The notes beneath the pieces are model-generated. The model was not told the DNA's origin. It made no database searches and saw nothing but the letters and a program-made list of their open reading frames with translations. This document shows, piece by piece, positions 9,625 through 19,274 of a stretch of 50,231 nucleotides of DNA. Within the stretch, counting starts at the first letter, position 1; every line of letters starts with the position of its first letter. This stretch comes from an uncultured Dehalococcoidia bacterium (GTDB taxonomy: Bacteria > Chloroflexota > Dehalococcoidia > Lucifugimonadales > UBA826), in NCBI GenBank assembly GCA_964435605.1, contig CAYTAN010000001.1, forward strand, positions 3,278 to 53,508, given 5' to 3'. A program made the translations under genes and the position numbers.

Positions 9625-10476
9625 TTAAAGCGCAATATCTGAAAAATATTCTTGTTTCCCTATCACGCCTGTCCTCAGATGGAATAATGCTCCTGCGGTA
9701 GGGCCATTTTCGGCAAGATTATGACCTCCAGCACTTGTAACGTATAGATCTGAAAAATCTGGACCTCCAAAAGTAGGACAAGATATTTTTTTTGTATCGA
9801 AATTTACTTTCTCAATTTCTTCTCCATCGGGAGTGTACCTGTATAGTGAATATCCGTCCCATCTTGCTGACCAAACACAATCTTCTGAGTCAACTGTCAT
9901 TCCGTCTGGTATTGTGCCGTCATCATCAGTTTGTAGAAATATCTTCTGGTTGGCTACTTGAGAAGACTCCGGATCAAAGTCGAATTTGTATATCGTTCTG
10001 GCCGTTGAATCAGTGTAGTACATACGAGAAAGATCCTTTGTGAAACCAAGGCCGTTTGATATTCCGACGTTTTCCACTATTCTATGTATGGAAAGGTCCT
10101 TGTCTATTCGATATAGAGTAGCCTCATGACGTTCTGTAGGCATAGTTCCACAAAACACACTTCCGTTTGGTGCAGCAATTACATCGTTGAACCTAGAGTC
10201 CTCCTCACCATCGATATGATCGATCAGTACTTCAAATTCTCCGTTTTGCCATATTCCAACTTGACCTTTTTCCATAAACATCAATATCGAACCATCTTTT
10301 TGTACTGTTATTCCACCAAGTTCCGGTCCCTTGAAAACATTAGTGTGTTTACTGGTTTCTGGATCGTACCTGAACATAAGTCCGCGTGGTATATCAACCC
10401 AGTACAGCACATTTTCCAATGGGTGCCATGTAGGACCTTCACCTGTTTCACATTGGTAATTAGCTACGATGTTCAT
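9625..10476 (-). CDS. SMP-30/gluconolactonase/LRE family protein
   Basis: 283 aa with CETGEGPTWHP...LYWVDI and repeated beta-propeller-like segments (YYTDS, LYVTSA). Confidence 0.8.
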   Translation of the reverse strand: MNIVANYQCETGEGPTWHPLENVLYWVDIPRGLMFRYDPETSKHTNVFKGPELGGITVQKDGSILMFMEKGQVGIWQNGEFEVLIDHIDGEEDSRFNDVIAAPNGSVFCGTMPTERHEATLYRIDKDLSIHRIVENVGISNGLGFTKDLSRMYYTDSTARTIYKFDFDPESSQVANQKIFLQTDDDGTIPDGMTVDSEDCVWSARWDGYSLYRYTPDGEEIEKVNFDTKKISCPTFGGPDFSDLYVTSAGGHNLAENGPTAGALFHLRTGVIGKQEYFSDIAL

Positions 10477-10515
10477 GTTTTCTCCCGTTTCCGATTATGT
10501 TTAGTGTGTCGTTGT

Positions 10516-11778
10516 TTACGTTGCTTGTTGTATGAAAGAGGTTTCTCCACGAGATATAGATTTAAGAATGGGGTCAGAGACTCTGAGTGCTAAAAATACA
10601 ACAACAAAAATTATGCCAGTAGTGATTAAGACTTCTGGGGCTCCGAATTCATCGGATAGATAACCATAACCCAGGTTTGCAAAGGCCATTATTCCCCCGG
10701 CATGGAGGATATAAAGGCTTGTGATTCTGCCTCTGAGCCTGTCGGGTGCTACTAATTGGACGTATGTAGCGGTAAGTGACATGAAAATCGATTGAGATCC
10801 TCCCATTACGATACACGATCCAAACGCAAACAGAGAGCTGTATGAAAATCCAAGAGCAATTGGCCCGATTCCGCTCACGAGTGCGGTCAGGATGAGCATC
10901 AGGCCCTTGTTTTTATCGCTTGTTATTCCTGCCATAAGAAAAGTGCCTATGGCTGAACCTACGCCAAAAGAAAGCACCAATAGGGCCAGTAAGGATTCGT
11001 TGGATGATCCCAAAATGTCCCTGGTGAACGCAGGTAAAATTGAATCAAATGACATTACTAGCGCGCAATGGAAAGCCACCAATATAATGAAAATTGCCAC
11101 TGCTCTGTTTGTGTATATGTACCTCATACCCTCTGCCATGCCGCTGAAGGGCGATGCGGTGGCGTTGATTTCGCCTATGGATTCCTTTTTGACTAGTAAT
11201 ATAAAAACAGCCGCCCCAATTGCAAATAATGCCGAAATTATCAGGAAATAGCTTGTGTTGGCGTAGTCTGCATTGCCAAACCTTGTTAATAAAAGAAATG
11301 CCATGCCAATTGCACGTGAGCCGTGTCTCGTGGCCGCATTCAGAGTTATTGCATTCATAAGATCATTACGATCTACTATGTTGGTGACAAGGGCTGTTAT
11401 TGATGATTCTTGAGTTGTTCTGCAACAACCTGATATGAAAGCGAGAATACTCAGGTGCCACAATTCAAGTACGTCCGTTAAAGACAAAACTGCAGCGACT
11501 AGGATTGTAACCAGCCCTCCGATAATTGTTATAAATGTTAGTTTTTTGCGTTCAATTCTGTCAGCAAGTAGTCCACCAATCGGGGATGCTAATAGGAAAG
11601 GAAGCATAGATGCAAAAGTAAAGAGCCCTACCATCGCCGATTTGTCTGACTTTTCAAGGACGAACCACTGACTAGCTATCAGAAATGTCCATGTACTTGC
11701 TCCGCCAAGTGCGTTAGCACCCCAGGTAAAGGAGTAATCCCGATATTTCATAGCAGCCAGGTGAGGTATGTTGAACAA
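10516..11778 (-). CDS. MFS transporter
   Basis: 420 aa and highly hydrophobic, with about 12 apparent TM segments. It has the MFS loop motif GGLLADRIERKK. The start could instead be MKYRDY (11751). Confidence 0.8.
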   Translation of the reverse strand: MFNIPHLAAMKYRDYSFTWGANALGGASTWTFLIASQWFVLEKSDKSAMVGLFTFASMLPFLLASPIGGLLADRIERKKLTFITIIGGLVTILVAAVLSLTDVLELWHLSILAFISGCCRTTQESSITALVTNIVDRNDLMNAITLNAATRHGSRAIGMAFLLLTRFGNADYANTSYFLIISALFAIGAAVFILLVKKESIGEINATASPFSGMAEGMRYIYTNRAVAIFIILVAFHCALVMSFDSILPAFTRDILGSSNESLLALLVLSFGVGSAIGTFLMAGITSDKNKGLMLILTALVSGIGPIALGFSYSSLFAFGSCIVMGGSQSIFMSLTATYVQLVAPDRLRGRITSLYILHAGGIMAFANLGYGYLSDEFGAPEVLITTGIIFVVVFLALRVSDPILKSISRGETSFIQQAT

Positions 11779-11826
11779 ATTAAAATCCAGATATTATCAA
11801 TTTCTAGATGACAGTCTTAATCGAAT

Positions 11827-11902
11827 TGGTGGAGATAGGGGGACTCGAACCCCCAACCTCGGCATTGCGAACGCCGCGCTCTCCCAGTTGAGCTATATCC
11901 CC
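11827..11902 (-). tRNA. tRNA-Ala: tRNA-Ala (anticodon CGC), CCA encoded
   Basis: The reverse complement reads GGGGATATAGCTCAACTGGGAGAGCGCGGCGTTCGCAATGCCGAGGTTGGGGGTTCGAGTCCCCCTATCTCCACCA. It folds as a cloverleaf with a 7-bp acceptor stem containing the G3:U70 alanine identity pair. The anticodon loop is TTCGCAA and the T-arm is GGGGG/TTCGAGT/CCCCC. Confidence 0.95.
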
Positions 11903-12031
11903 ATTCATCAAAACTGCGGAAGTATTATTGTTTGGATGGTAACAATCGTTCGAGAAAAGTGTCAACGAAAATCCTCCCGTATTTGAAAAACAAGGTTATG
12001 GAAAGCGATTATGTAGTTAATAAACAACTGC

Positions 12032-12040
12032 TGTTATAAT
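12032..12040 (+). promoter_or_regulatory. putative extended -10 promoter element for the 2-oxoacid dehydrogenase operon
   Basis: TGTTATAAT (TGn + TATAAT) lies about 70 nt upstream of the E1alpha start. No good -35 box is seen. Confidence 0.35.
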
Positions 12041-12109
12041 CCAGCCAAATTATCGCTGTGGGTGCAGTTATTAGTGACGTTGAATAAGTGTTTTGGAGGA
12101 GATTCTGCT

Positions 12110-13084
12110 ATGGCATATGACGAAATAAACAAGCAATCACTGCTTTGGATGTATGAAAAGTTGGTCACAATCCGGCGATTTGAAGAGCAATCCAAAAGAG
12201 AAGCAGACGCGGGTAAACTCAGAGGGATCCATTCTTCGATAGGTCAGGAGGCGGTACCTACCGGAGTATGTGCTCATCTTGACGACTCAGATTTTGTTCT
12301 GGGCACGCACCGTAGTCATCATCACTGTATTGCAAAGGGTGTTGACTTAAATGAAATGATGGCTGAGTTGCTTGGTAAATCCACGGGGACTGGGAAAGGG
12401 AAAGGCGGTACTATGCATATAGCCGACATTAATAAGGGAATGCTCGGAGCGAATGGGATAGTTGGATCAAATATACCTGTGGCGACGGGTGTGGCACTAA
12501 CCCAGAAAGTAAAAGGTACCAATAATGTAAGCGTAGTGTTTTTTGGTGATGGTGCCTCAAGTCAAGGAGCTTTACATGAGGCAATGAATCTGGCCAGTAT
12601 ATGGAAATTACCGGTGATATTTGTTTGTGAGAACAACAGATATGCCGAATCTACGCCATTTGAATATTCAGTCGCCGGTGGTTCGGTATCCAATCGAGCA
12701 GACGGTTATGGCATACCTGGGGTCACGGTTGATGGACAATCTGCTCTAGACATTTTTGAAGTTGCAGGTGAGGCTGTGAGGCGTGCCCGGAATGGTGAAG
12801 GGCCAACACTCATTGAGGCACAAACATATAGGTATCTTGGTCACATGGGCCATGATGATCCGTTAGGTTACCGTTCTCAAGAAGAGCAAGATTACTACAT
12901 GAGTCGAGATTGTGTAATTGGGTTGAGAGCACATATCCTGGATGGAGATTACGCTGACGAGACTGAGCTGGACGAAATTGATGCCAAATGCCTTACAGCA
13001 GTAAACGAGGCTACAGAATTTGCAAATAATAGTCCTTTTCCTGAGGCAGGTGAACTTCTCGAAGACGTTTACGTTTCCTACTGA
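12110..13084 (+). CDS. thiamine-diphosphate-dependent 2-oxoacid dehydrogenase E1 component, alpha subunit (pyruvate/acetoin/branched-chain type not resolvable)
   Basis: It has the TPP-binding motif GDGASSQGALHEAMNLASIWKLPVIFVCENNRYA. I prefer the start at MAYDE (ATG 12110) because GGAGGA lies at 12095-12100. The ORF-track start at 12062 is a GTG with no RBS. Confidence 0.9.
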   Translation: MAYDEINKQSLLWMYEKLVTIRRFEEQSKREADAGKLRGIHSSIGQEAVPTGVCAHLDDSDFVLGTHRSHHHCIAKGVDLNEMMAELLGKSTGTGKGKGGTMHIADINKGMLGANGIVGSNIPVATGVALTQKVKGTNNVSVVFFGDGASSQGALHEAMNLASIWKLPVIFVCENNRYAESTPFEYSVAGGSVSNRADGYGIPGVTVDGQSALDIFEVAGEAVRRARNGEGPTLIEAQTYRYLGHMGHDDPLGYRSQEEQDYYMSRDCVIGLRAHILDGDYADETELDEIDAKCLTAVNEATEFANNSPFPEAGELLEDVYVSY

Positions 13085-13127
13085 AATCTATAATAAAAAT
13101 GATTAGATACCTTTGTGAGGTGTACAA

Positions 13128-14156
13128 ATGGTTCAAGCCAAAGATACAAGACAAATTAGTTACATACAGGCAATAAATGAATCACTACGATACGAATTGG
13201 AATCGGACCCTAATGTGATAATCATGGGAGAAGACATTGCTGGAGGCGGAGAGAGGGAGGATTTTCAGGATGCATGGGGTGGTCCGATGCGGTTGACTAA
13301 AGGGTTGGTTGGGCAGTTCGGGCGAGAGAGAATACGTGACACTCCCATATCGGAAACAGGATTTATGGGGGCAGGAGTTGGAGCAGCAGCGTCAGGGTTG
13401 AGGCCTGTAGTGGACTTGATGTATGTGAGTTTTTACGGTGTATGCGCTGATCAAATCACAAATAATGCTGCCAAGATGCATTTCATGTTTGGCGGTAAGG
13501 TAAAAGTGCCATTGACAATCATGACGGGCATTGGAGCTGGTACCAATTCGGCTGCTCAACACTCGGAGACTTTGTACTCCATATTTACACATTTTCCAGG
13601 TTTGAAGTGTGTTGTGCCATCCAATCCGTACAATGCAAAAGGACTAATGACGGCTGCTATCAGGGACGACGATCCCGTTATAGTTTTCAACAATCGGCAA
13701 TTGATGGGGCTTCGTTTTGAAGACAATGTACCGGAAGAATCTTATACGGTTGAGATTGGTAAGTCTGATATAAAACGTGAAGGTAACGACATAACTTTGT
13801 TAGGAATTGGATTCACTACCAGAGTGTGCTTGGAAGCTGCGGACGAATTGGAAGCTCAAGGCTACTCTGTGGAAGTCCTTGATTTGCTTTCATTGTCTCC
13901 CATGGATGAGGAAGGTATTTTGTCATCTGTTCAAAAGACCAGAAAGATCGTCATCGTTGATGAGGATTATCCGCGCTGTAGCATAGCAACAGACATATCG
14001 GCATTGGTGGCGGAGGAAGCATTTGATTATTTGGATGCTCCTCCTAAAAGGGTAACTCCACCACATACACTCGTACCCTATAGCAGGCCAATAGAGGCAT
14101 TGTTTGTGCCAGATAAAGACAAAGTCGTTTCTGCGGCGTTGGAAATTCTTGAATAG
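13128..14156 (+). CDS. 2-oxoacid dehydrogenase E1 component, beta subunit
   Basis: 342 aa with a transketolase-like pyrimidine-binding domain (RIRDTPISETGFMGAGVGAA) and a C-terminal domain. It follows the alpha subunit directly. Confidence 0.9.
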   Translation: MVQAKDTRQISYIQAINESLRYELESDPNVIIMGEDIAGGGEREDFQDAWGGPMRLTKGLVGQFGRERIRDTPISETGFMGAGVGAAASGLRPVVDLMYVSFYGVCADQITNNAAKMHFMFGGKVKVPLTIMTGIGAGTNSAAQHSETLYSIFTHFPGLKCVVPSNPYNAKGLMTAAIRDDDPVIVFNNRQLMGLRFEDNVPEESYTVEIGKSDIKREGNDITLLGIGFTTRVCLEAADELEAQGYSVEVLDLLSLSPMDEEGILSSVQKTRKIVIVDEDYPRCSIATDISALVAEEAFDYLDAPPKRVTPPHTLVPYSRPIEALFVPDKDKVVSAALEILE

Positions 14157-14170
14157 GAGAGTTTGTAATT

Positions 14171-15325
14171 ATGGCTATTCCGATTGTGATGCCAAGACTT
14201 GGTGATTTTATGACCGAGGGTGTGTTGACACGTTTCACTAAGAGTCCAGGGGAGGAAGTAAAGCAAGGGGAGGTTATAGCCGAAATAGAGACTGAAAAGG
14301 TCAATTATGATTTAGAATCGACTGATTCCGGAATATTTCATCCTACAGTTGAGGCAGGTGAAACGGTAATGGTCGATGCAGTGATGTGCTATTTGTTAGG
14401 TGAAGGTGAGTCACCCCCGCCTGTCGTCGAGACCAAAGCCCAAACTCAAGGAACGCGGGCTACTAAGGGTCCTGGTAATCGCAGAAATCCCAACATAAAA
14501 TCAGGAACTATTCCTTCAACGCCCGGGGCTAGGAAGCTAGCGACAAAACTGGGTGTAGATCTTTCAAATGTCACAGCTACCGGCCCTAGGGGTAGAGTTG
14601 TAGAAGCGGATGTTAGAAAACACGCTGAGAGTCAAACATCCCAAGGGAAGGTTCCTGCAGGACTTCCTGACCCCGCAGAAACAGTTCAATTGTCAGGTAT
14701 TCGCAAGGCCATCGCTGTTAACATGAAAGCCAGTTTGTCAGAAACAGCTCAATTATCATATTTTTTGGAAATTGATGTTACTGAAGCTCAGTCCAGAAGA
14801 AGAGAATTTGGATGTGGATTGGGGGATGTGATCATCAAGGCTACGGCTGAAACCTTAAAGAAGGTTCCTCTACTGAACAGTGTGCTTAGTGGTGATCAAT
14901 TACTTAAATTTGACCAAGTTAATATGGCTGTTGCAGTGGCTCTGGAGGATGGTCTGGTTGTTCCGGTCATAGCAGATGTGGGCAATAAAGGTTTGTCAGA
15001 AATAGGGGAGGCCGTGAAGGATCTATCAGAGAGAGCAAGAAGCGGTTCTATAAGACCGGATGAGCTTGTCGGTGGAACTTTCACAATCTCAATTTTGGGT
15101 GTAGTGGATGGGTTCACTCCCATTTTGAATCAGTCTCAAGTTGCTTTACTTGGAGTAGGTAGATCCGTCCAAAAACCAGTAGTCAAGTCTGGAGAAGTGG
15201 TGATAAGAGAAATGATTACACTCAGTCTTACAGGTGATCATCAGGTGGTAGATGGAGCGGTAGCTGCTAGTTTTTTCAGAAGATTACAGCAGGCGATAGA
15301 GCGCCCCGGGAACCTTTTTAAGTAG
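14171..15325 (+). CDS. dihydrolipoamide acyltransferase E2 component
   Basis: It has an N-terminal lipoyl domain with EIETEKV (lipoyl-Lys) followed by a Pro/Thr-rich linker. A subunit-binding domain is present (PGARKLATKLGVDLSNVTATGPRGRV). The catalytic DHQVVDG motif sits near the C-terminus. Confidence 0.9.
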   Translation: MAIPIVMPRLGDFMTEGVLTRFTKSPGEEVKQGEVIAEIETEKVNYDLESTDSGIFHPTVEAGETVMVDAVMCYLLGEGESPPPVVETKAQTQGTRATKGPGNRRNPNIKSGTIPSTPGARKLATKLGVDLSNVTATGPRGRVVEADVRKHAESQTSQGKVPAGLPDPAETVQLSGIRKAIAVNMKASLSETAQLSYFLEIDVTEAQSRRREFGCGLGDVIIKATAETLKKVPLLNSVLSGDQLLKFDQVNMAVAVALEDGLVVPVIADVGNKGLSEIGEAVKDLSERARSGSIRPDELVGGTFTISILGVVDGFTPILNQSQVALLGVGRSVQKPVVKSGEVVIREMITLSLTGDHQVVDGAVAASFFRRLQQAIERPGNLFK

Positions 15326-15332
15326 GAAGATA

Positions 15333-16337
15333 TCAGTAACTGCGAGAGATTGATCGCAGAAGAGTGACTGCTTCTTCACGATCGCTTGGAGATAAACCTG
15401 TATAAATAGCTAATTCCAGGTTTTTCTTTCCGTCGGGTACATTTCCTTGTGCTAGGGCTATTTTTGCTTTTAACAGAAAAAATTCTGGGATAATGTTGGG
15501 CTCAATGCTTTCAATTGCCATATTTACTGATTTCAGTGCCTGCGGAAAATTTTCCTTCTCATACATATTTGTTGCTTTAATAAATTGTCCTTGGAACGTG
15601 TTCCCAGTTCTTATGTTTCCTACAAGCATTAGCACAGTGGCAAATATGACTAATACAATTATTGCTATAAGGGACCGGTAACTACAACCTAGGATATTTG
15701 AATGCAGAATGGATTTGTAAATTGCCACAGGTGGTTGAAATTTGTTTGTTAGTGGAACCCCTATTAAAAAGCCTGCTGCAAGACCGCCTAGGTGGGCCCA
15801 ATTATCTATACCAGGAACAATAAATCCAAAACCTAGATTAACGACGGCAAGAAGGGCAATAGCATTGAAATTTTGACGACCAAATTCTCCTAAAACTGAA
15901 CGCATTATCAAGAAAAAAGAAAGAAGCGCCCCAAGGCATCCAAAGACCGCTCCACTAGCTCCCGCACCAACAGTATTTGCTGACATGAAGGCATAACTGC
16001 TTAGACTTCCAACGATCCCTGATACTAGATAGATAAATAAAAACTGTTTGGACCCATAGAACCTGTCTACCATAGTTCCGATTATGAAAATGCTTATGGT
16101 GTTAACCACTAGATGCATTATTCCAATATGCATGAAAATAGCGGTAAACAGCCGCCAGTACTGGCCACTGTAAATACTGGCGGGGTTGATAGCACCTAAG
16201 TCATTTAAGGTGTAAACGTTTTTTGAGCCCCCAGAAATTTCAAGAATAAGCCAGAAAAATACATTGAACGCTACTACTGAGTACAGTAGATATGGCTTGT
16301 TTGGGATTCGGCTGGACCACATAACTTTATTAAACAC
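15333..16337 (-). CDS. rhomboid family intramembrane serine protease with C-terminal TPR-like tail
   Basis: It has multiple TM segments, the catalytic GASGAVFG (GxSG) motif and the WAHLGG histidine motif. The C-terminal approximately 100 aa are helical and TPR-like (ALKSVNMAIE...AKIALAQGN). Confidence 0.85.
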   Translation of the reverse strand: MFNKVMWSSRIPNKPYLLYSVVAFNVFFWLILEISGGSKNVYTLNDLGAINPASIYSGQYWRLFTAIFMHIGIMHLVVNTISIFIIGTMVDRFYGSKQFLFIYLVSGIVGSLSSYAFMSANTVGAGASGAVFGCLGALLSFFLIMRSVLGEFGRQNFNAIALLAVVNLGFGFIVPGIDNWAHLGGLAAGFLIGVPLTNKFQPPVAIYKSILHSNILGCSYRSLIAIIVLVIFATVLMLVGNIRTGNTFQGQFIKATNMYEKENFPQALKSVNMAIESIEPNIIPEFFLLKAKIALAQGNVPDGKKNLELAIYTGLSPSDREEAVTLLRSISRSY

Positions 16338-17736
16338 TAGCCAAATTGGGAGGCGTCCATCCTCCGTATTCAGACTCTATCTGTTCCATAACTGCTAATA
16401 CTACGTGCTCGTGCCATGGCTTTGCGATGACCTGAACACTTATCGGTAGACCATCTGAGGTTTCCCCGGATCGGACCACTCCTGCCGGCCAGCCTGTGAC
16501 GTTGTATGCTGATGTGTAGGAATATACGAATTTATTTTCTGGGGCTAAAAACTCTCCTGGCCCCAGAGCTGCTTTAGCACTTGATGGGCATATTATGACG
16601 TCATAATCTTGGAAAAATGTGGTCATTTTGCTTCTATACACGTCAACTGTTTCGAGTATTTCAGTAAATTCTGAGGTACTTATTAGGTTTGCTTCAGCAA
16701 GTCTACCTTCCATGAAAGGCGAAAATTTCTCTGTTCCGGCTCGTTCAAGAAGACGTTTCACCCATTCACGCCCGTCACCGGTAGAATACTTATTATCCAT
16801 TTCGTCTAGCATCTTAAGTGCGTCTGGTTTGGATTCTGCGACATCAGATCCAAGTTTTTCAAGCGATCTAGCCACCATAGTTACGTTATCCTGAATTTCA
16901 GGGATGGGCGTCATCAGGTCGTTATTAGTGTGGAATGCAATCTTCAGACTACGTACATCAATGGTCGACGGACTGATCAAGGGCATTGGAACCACGTAAG
17001 GGTCTATCCAGTCTGGCCCACTTATTACTTCAAGAATTGGAAATAAATCTTCGACTCTTCGAGCCATGGGCCCATTCTGAGTAAATGATTCTGTGGCCCC
17101 CGCATCATAAGATATGCAGTGTCCTGTTCTAGGCACTCTTCCACTTGTCGGTTTTATTCCAGTAATACCGCAGCTATGGGAAGGTATTCTTATACTGCCT
17201 CCTGTATCGCTTCCTATGTCAAATACCGAACCCATACTGGCTATAATCGCGGCTGCTCCTCCACTGCTTCCCCCTGGAGAGAGTCCTAGGTTGTAAGGAT
17301 TCGATGTTCTGCCGTATATCAGATTGTCTGTGTCGGCAGCAAGTGTAAATTCGGGCGTATTAGTTTTTCCAAGTAAAATGGCCCCAGCTGATTTGAGACG
17401 AGCTACAAGAGAGGCATCTTTGTTTGGTATGAAGTTTCTTTTGCCTTCGGTTCCATAAGTGGTGATTATTCCCTCAGTATCTAAAGAGTCTTTCAGCGTC
17501 ATCGGAACTCCATGCAATGGGCCTACTGGATTTCCATTTGCCATGGATTTATCAAGGTTTTCAGCTTGCTCTATAGCCTCAGTTTCAGTGATTTGGACGA
17601 CCGCATTTAAGGCGCCATTCACTTTATTTATTTGGTCGATATGCGTTTGTGTAATTTCTCTTGCAGAAGTGTTTCTTTCCTTTAAATCTAATGTTATTTC
17701 TCTGATTGTTGTGCCTAGTGCAGATCGATCATCCAT
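16330..17736 (-). CDS. amidase (amidase-signature family)
   Basis: It carries the AS signature GGSSGGAAAIIASMGSVFDIGSDTGGSIRIPS and the upstream catalytic Lys context MTLKDS. Confidence 0.9.
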   Translation of the reverse strand: MDDRSALGTTIREITLDLKERNTSAREITQTHIDQINKVNGALNAVVQITETEAIEQAENLDKSMANGNPVGPLHGVPMTLKDSLDTEGIITTYGTEGKRNFIPNKDASLVARLKSAGAILLGKTNTPEFTLAADTDNLIYGRTSNPYNLGLSPGGSSGGAAAIIASMGSVFDIGSDTGGSIRIPSHSCGITGIKPTSGRVPRTGHCISYDAGATESFTQNGPMARRVEDLFPILEVISGPDWIDPYVVPMPLISPSTIDVRSLKIAFHTNNDLMTPIPEIQDNVTMVARSLEKLGSDVAESKPDALKMLDEMDNKYSTGDGREWVKRLLERAGTEKFSPFMEGRLAEANLISTSEFTEILETVDVYRSKMTTFFQDYDVIICPSSAKAALGPGEFLAPENKFVYSYTSAYNVTGWPAGVVRSGETSDGLPISVQVIAKPWHEHVVLAVMEQIESEYGGWTPPNLASV

Positions 17737-17768
17737 ATTAATCTTTCTCCCTTGCCTTAAAAATACAA

Positions 17769-19079
17769 TTAAAGGTCCAGAGCCATTAAGTCTTTGTAAG
17801 TTTCTCTCTTTCTAACCAGCCTTGACTGACCGTTGCCTACCATGACCACGGCAGGTCTTGGGTTCATGTTGTAGTTACTTGACATGGCCAGGCAGTACGC
17901 ACCTGAAGACGGAATGGCCACAATGTCTCCTGTTTCAATACGTGGAAGTAATACGTCCTTAACTAGCAGATCCCCGGATTCGCAGTATTTACCCGCTAAT
18001 GTGACAATTTTTTCGTCTTCGGCGATGATCTTGTTAGCTATCACTGCTTCGTACTCAGATCCGTACAGAGCTGGCCGTATGTTATCCCCCATTCCTCCAT
18101 CCAGTGATACGTAAGTTCGAACGGTTGGTATTTCTTTTATAACTCCCACGGTATAAACAGCAACCCCTGCTCTGCCAACGATGGACCTGCCAGGCTCAAT
18201 TATCAAAACTGGTGGTTCTATGTTTAAGTCAGAGCATTTATTTTTCAACATCGAGGTTATAACTTCGGCATATGCTGAGACGGGTGGTGGAGGGCTTTCA
18301 CGTGTGTAACCAATAGCGAAACCGCCACCAGGACTGAATTCACGTAAATTCAGTCCTTCTGGCACAAATTGGGCAAGATAATCGAATACTGTGTCAATAG
18401 CTGTTGAATAAGGCTCTAATTCAAATATTGGGGAGCCGAGGTGAAAATGGATACCTTTAAGATCCAAATTGGATGATTGCAAAGCCTGACGGATTGCGAC
18501 AGTGCTTTCGCCGGTTTCAATGGAGAACCCAAATTTTACGTCCAATATTCCAGTGGTGGTATGACCATGTGTATGTGCATCAATTGATGGTGAAAGTCGT
18601 AACATAATACCTTGGACCACGTTTTGATCCCGGGCTATTTCGTTTAATAGGTCGAGCTCTTGAAAGCCGTCCACAACTATTGTCTCCACTCCACTGTTCA
18701 CCGATTCGGATAGTTCGGAGGGCGTTTTGTTATTACCATGGAAATGCATTTTGGCGGTTGGGAATCCTGCTGCGGCAGCTACTGCTATTTCACCGCCGGA
18801 AACGACGTCTAGTTCCAGGTTTTCTTCTTCCGCAATTTTTGCCATAGAAATATTCAAGAATGCCTTGGAAGCATATGCGACTTTTGTATTTGGGTATCTC
18901 GATGTGAATTCTGAAACAAATTGCCTGGCCATAGTTCGTATGGTTGGCTCATCATATACATATAGAGGTGTACCGTATTGACTGGCAAGAGATGTGATGT
19001 CGTTGCCTCCTACCGATAAATTGCCGAGTTTGTTAACTTCGGTGCCGAAAGGGAAAAGATCCACATTTTCAAAACTCAT
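17769..19079 (-). CDS. lysA: diaminopimelate decarboxylase
   Basis: 436 aa with the PLP-Lys context VAYASKAF plus HFHLGS, EPGRSIVG and CESGD motifs typical of LysA and group IV decarboxylases. Confidence 0.88.
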   Translation of the reverse strand: MSFENVDLFPFGTEVNKLGNLSVGGNDITSLASQYGTPLYVYDEPTIRTMARQFVSEFTSRYPNTKVAYASKAFLNISMAKIAEEENLELDVVSGGEIAVAAAAGFPTAKMHFHGNNKTPSELSESVNSGVETIVVDGFQELDLLNEIARDQNVVQGIMLRLSPSIDAHTHGHTTTGILDVKFGFSIETGESTVAIRQALQSSNLDLKGIHFHLGSPIFELEPYSTAIDTVFDYLAQFVPEGLNLREFSPGGGFAIGYTRESPPPPVSAYAEVITSMLKNKCSDLNIEPPVLIIEPGRSIVGRAGVAVYTVGVIKEIPTVRTYVSLDGGMGDNIRPALYGSEYEAVIANKIIAEDEKIVTLAGKYCESGDLLVKDVLLPRIETGDIVAIPSSGAYCLAMSSNYNMNPRPAVVMVGNGQSRLVRKRETYKDLMALDL

Positions 19080-19274
19080 GTATGGACTCCGTAATTAATT
19101 ATCAAATTTTGGATACATTTTGGGTTAATAACTAATAGCAATTCTATTAGATTATGAATTCGATTGACACAGTTACGTCCCAGTGCTAACCTCGTTCCAA
19201 GCGGTGGAGAAGATTGCCGCTTGTGTTATTGGTTTTACGGATACACTGCTTACAAAGGCAAAGTGGAGGAAAAT

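Noticed and set aside
10516-11902. Possible genomic island integrated at the tRNA-Ala 3' end
   Set aside because: There is no integrase, no direct repeat of the tRNA 3' end, and no compositional break that I could see. The flanking genes (MFS transporter, SMP-30 lactonase) look like ordinary chromosomal genes.
12062-12109. Upstream GTG start for E1alpha given by the ORF track
   Set aside because: No RBS precedes it. The ATG at 12110 has GGAGGA at optimal spacing and gives a typical E1alpha N-terminus.
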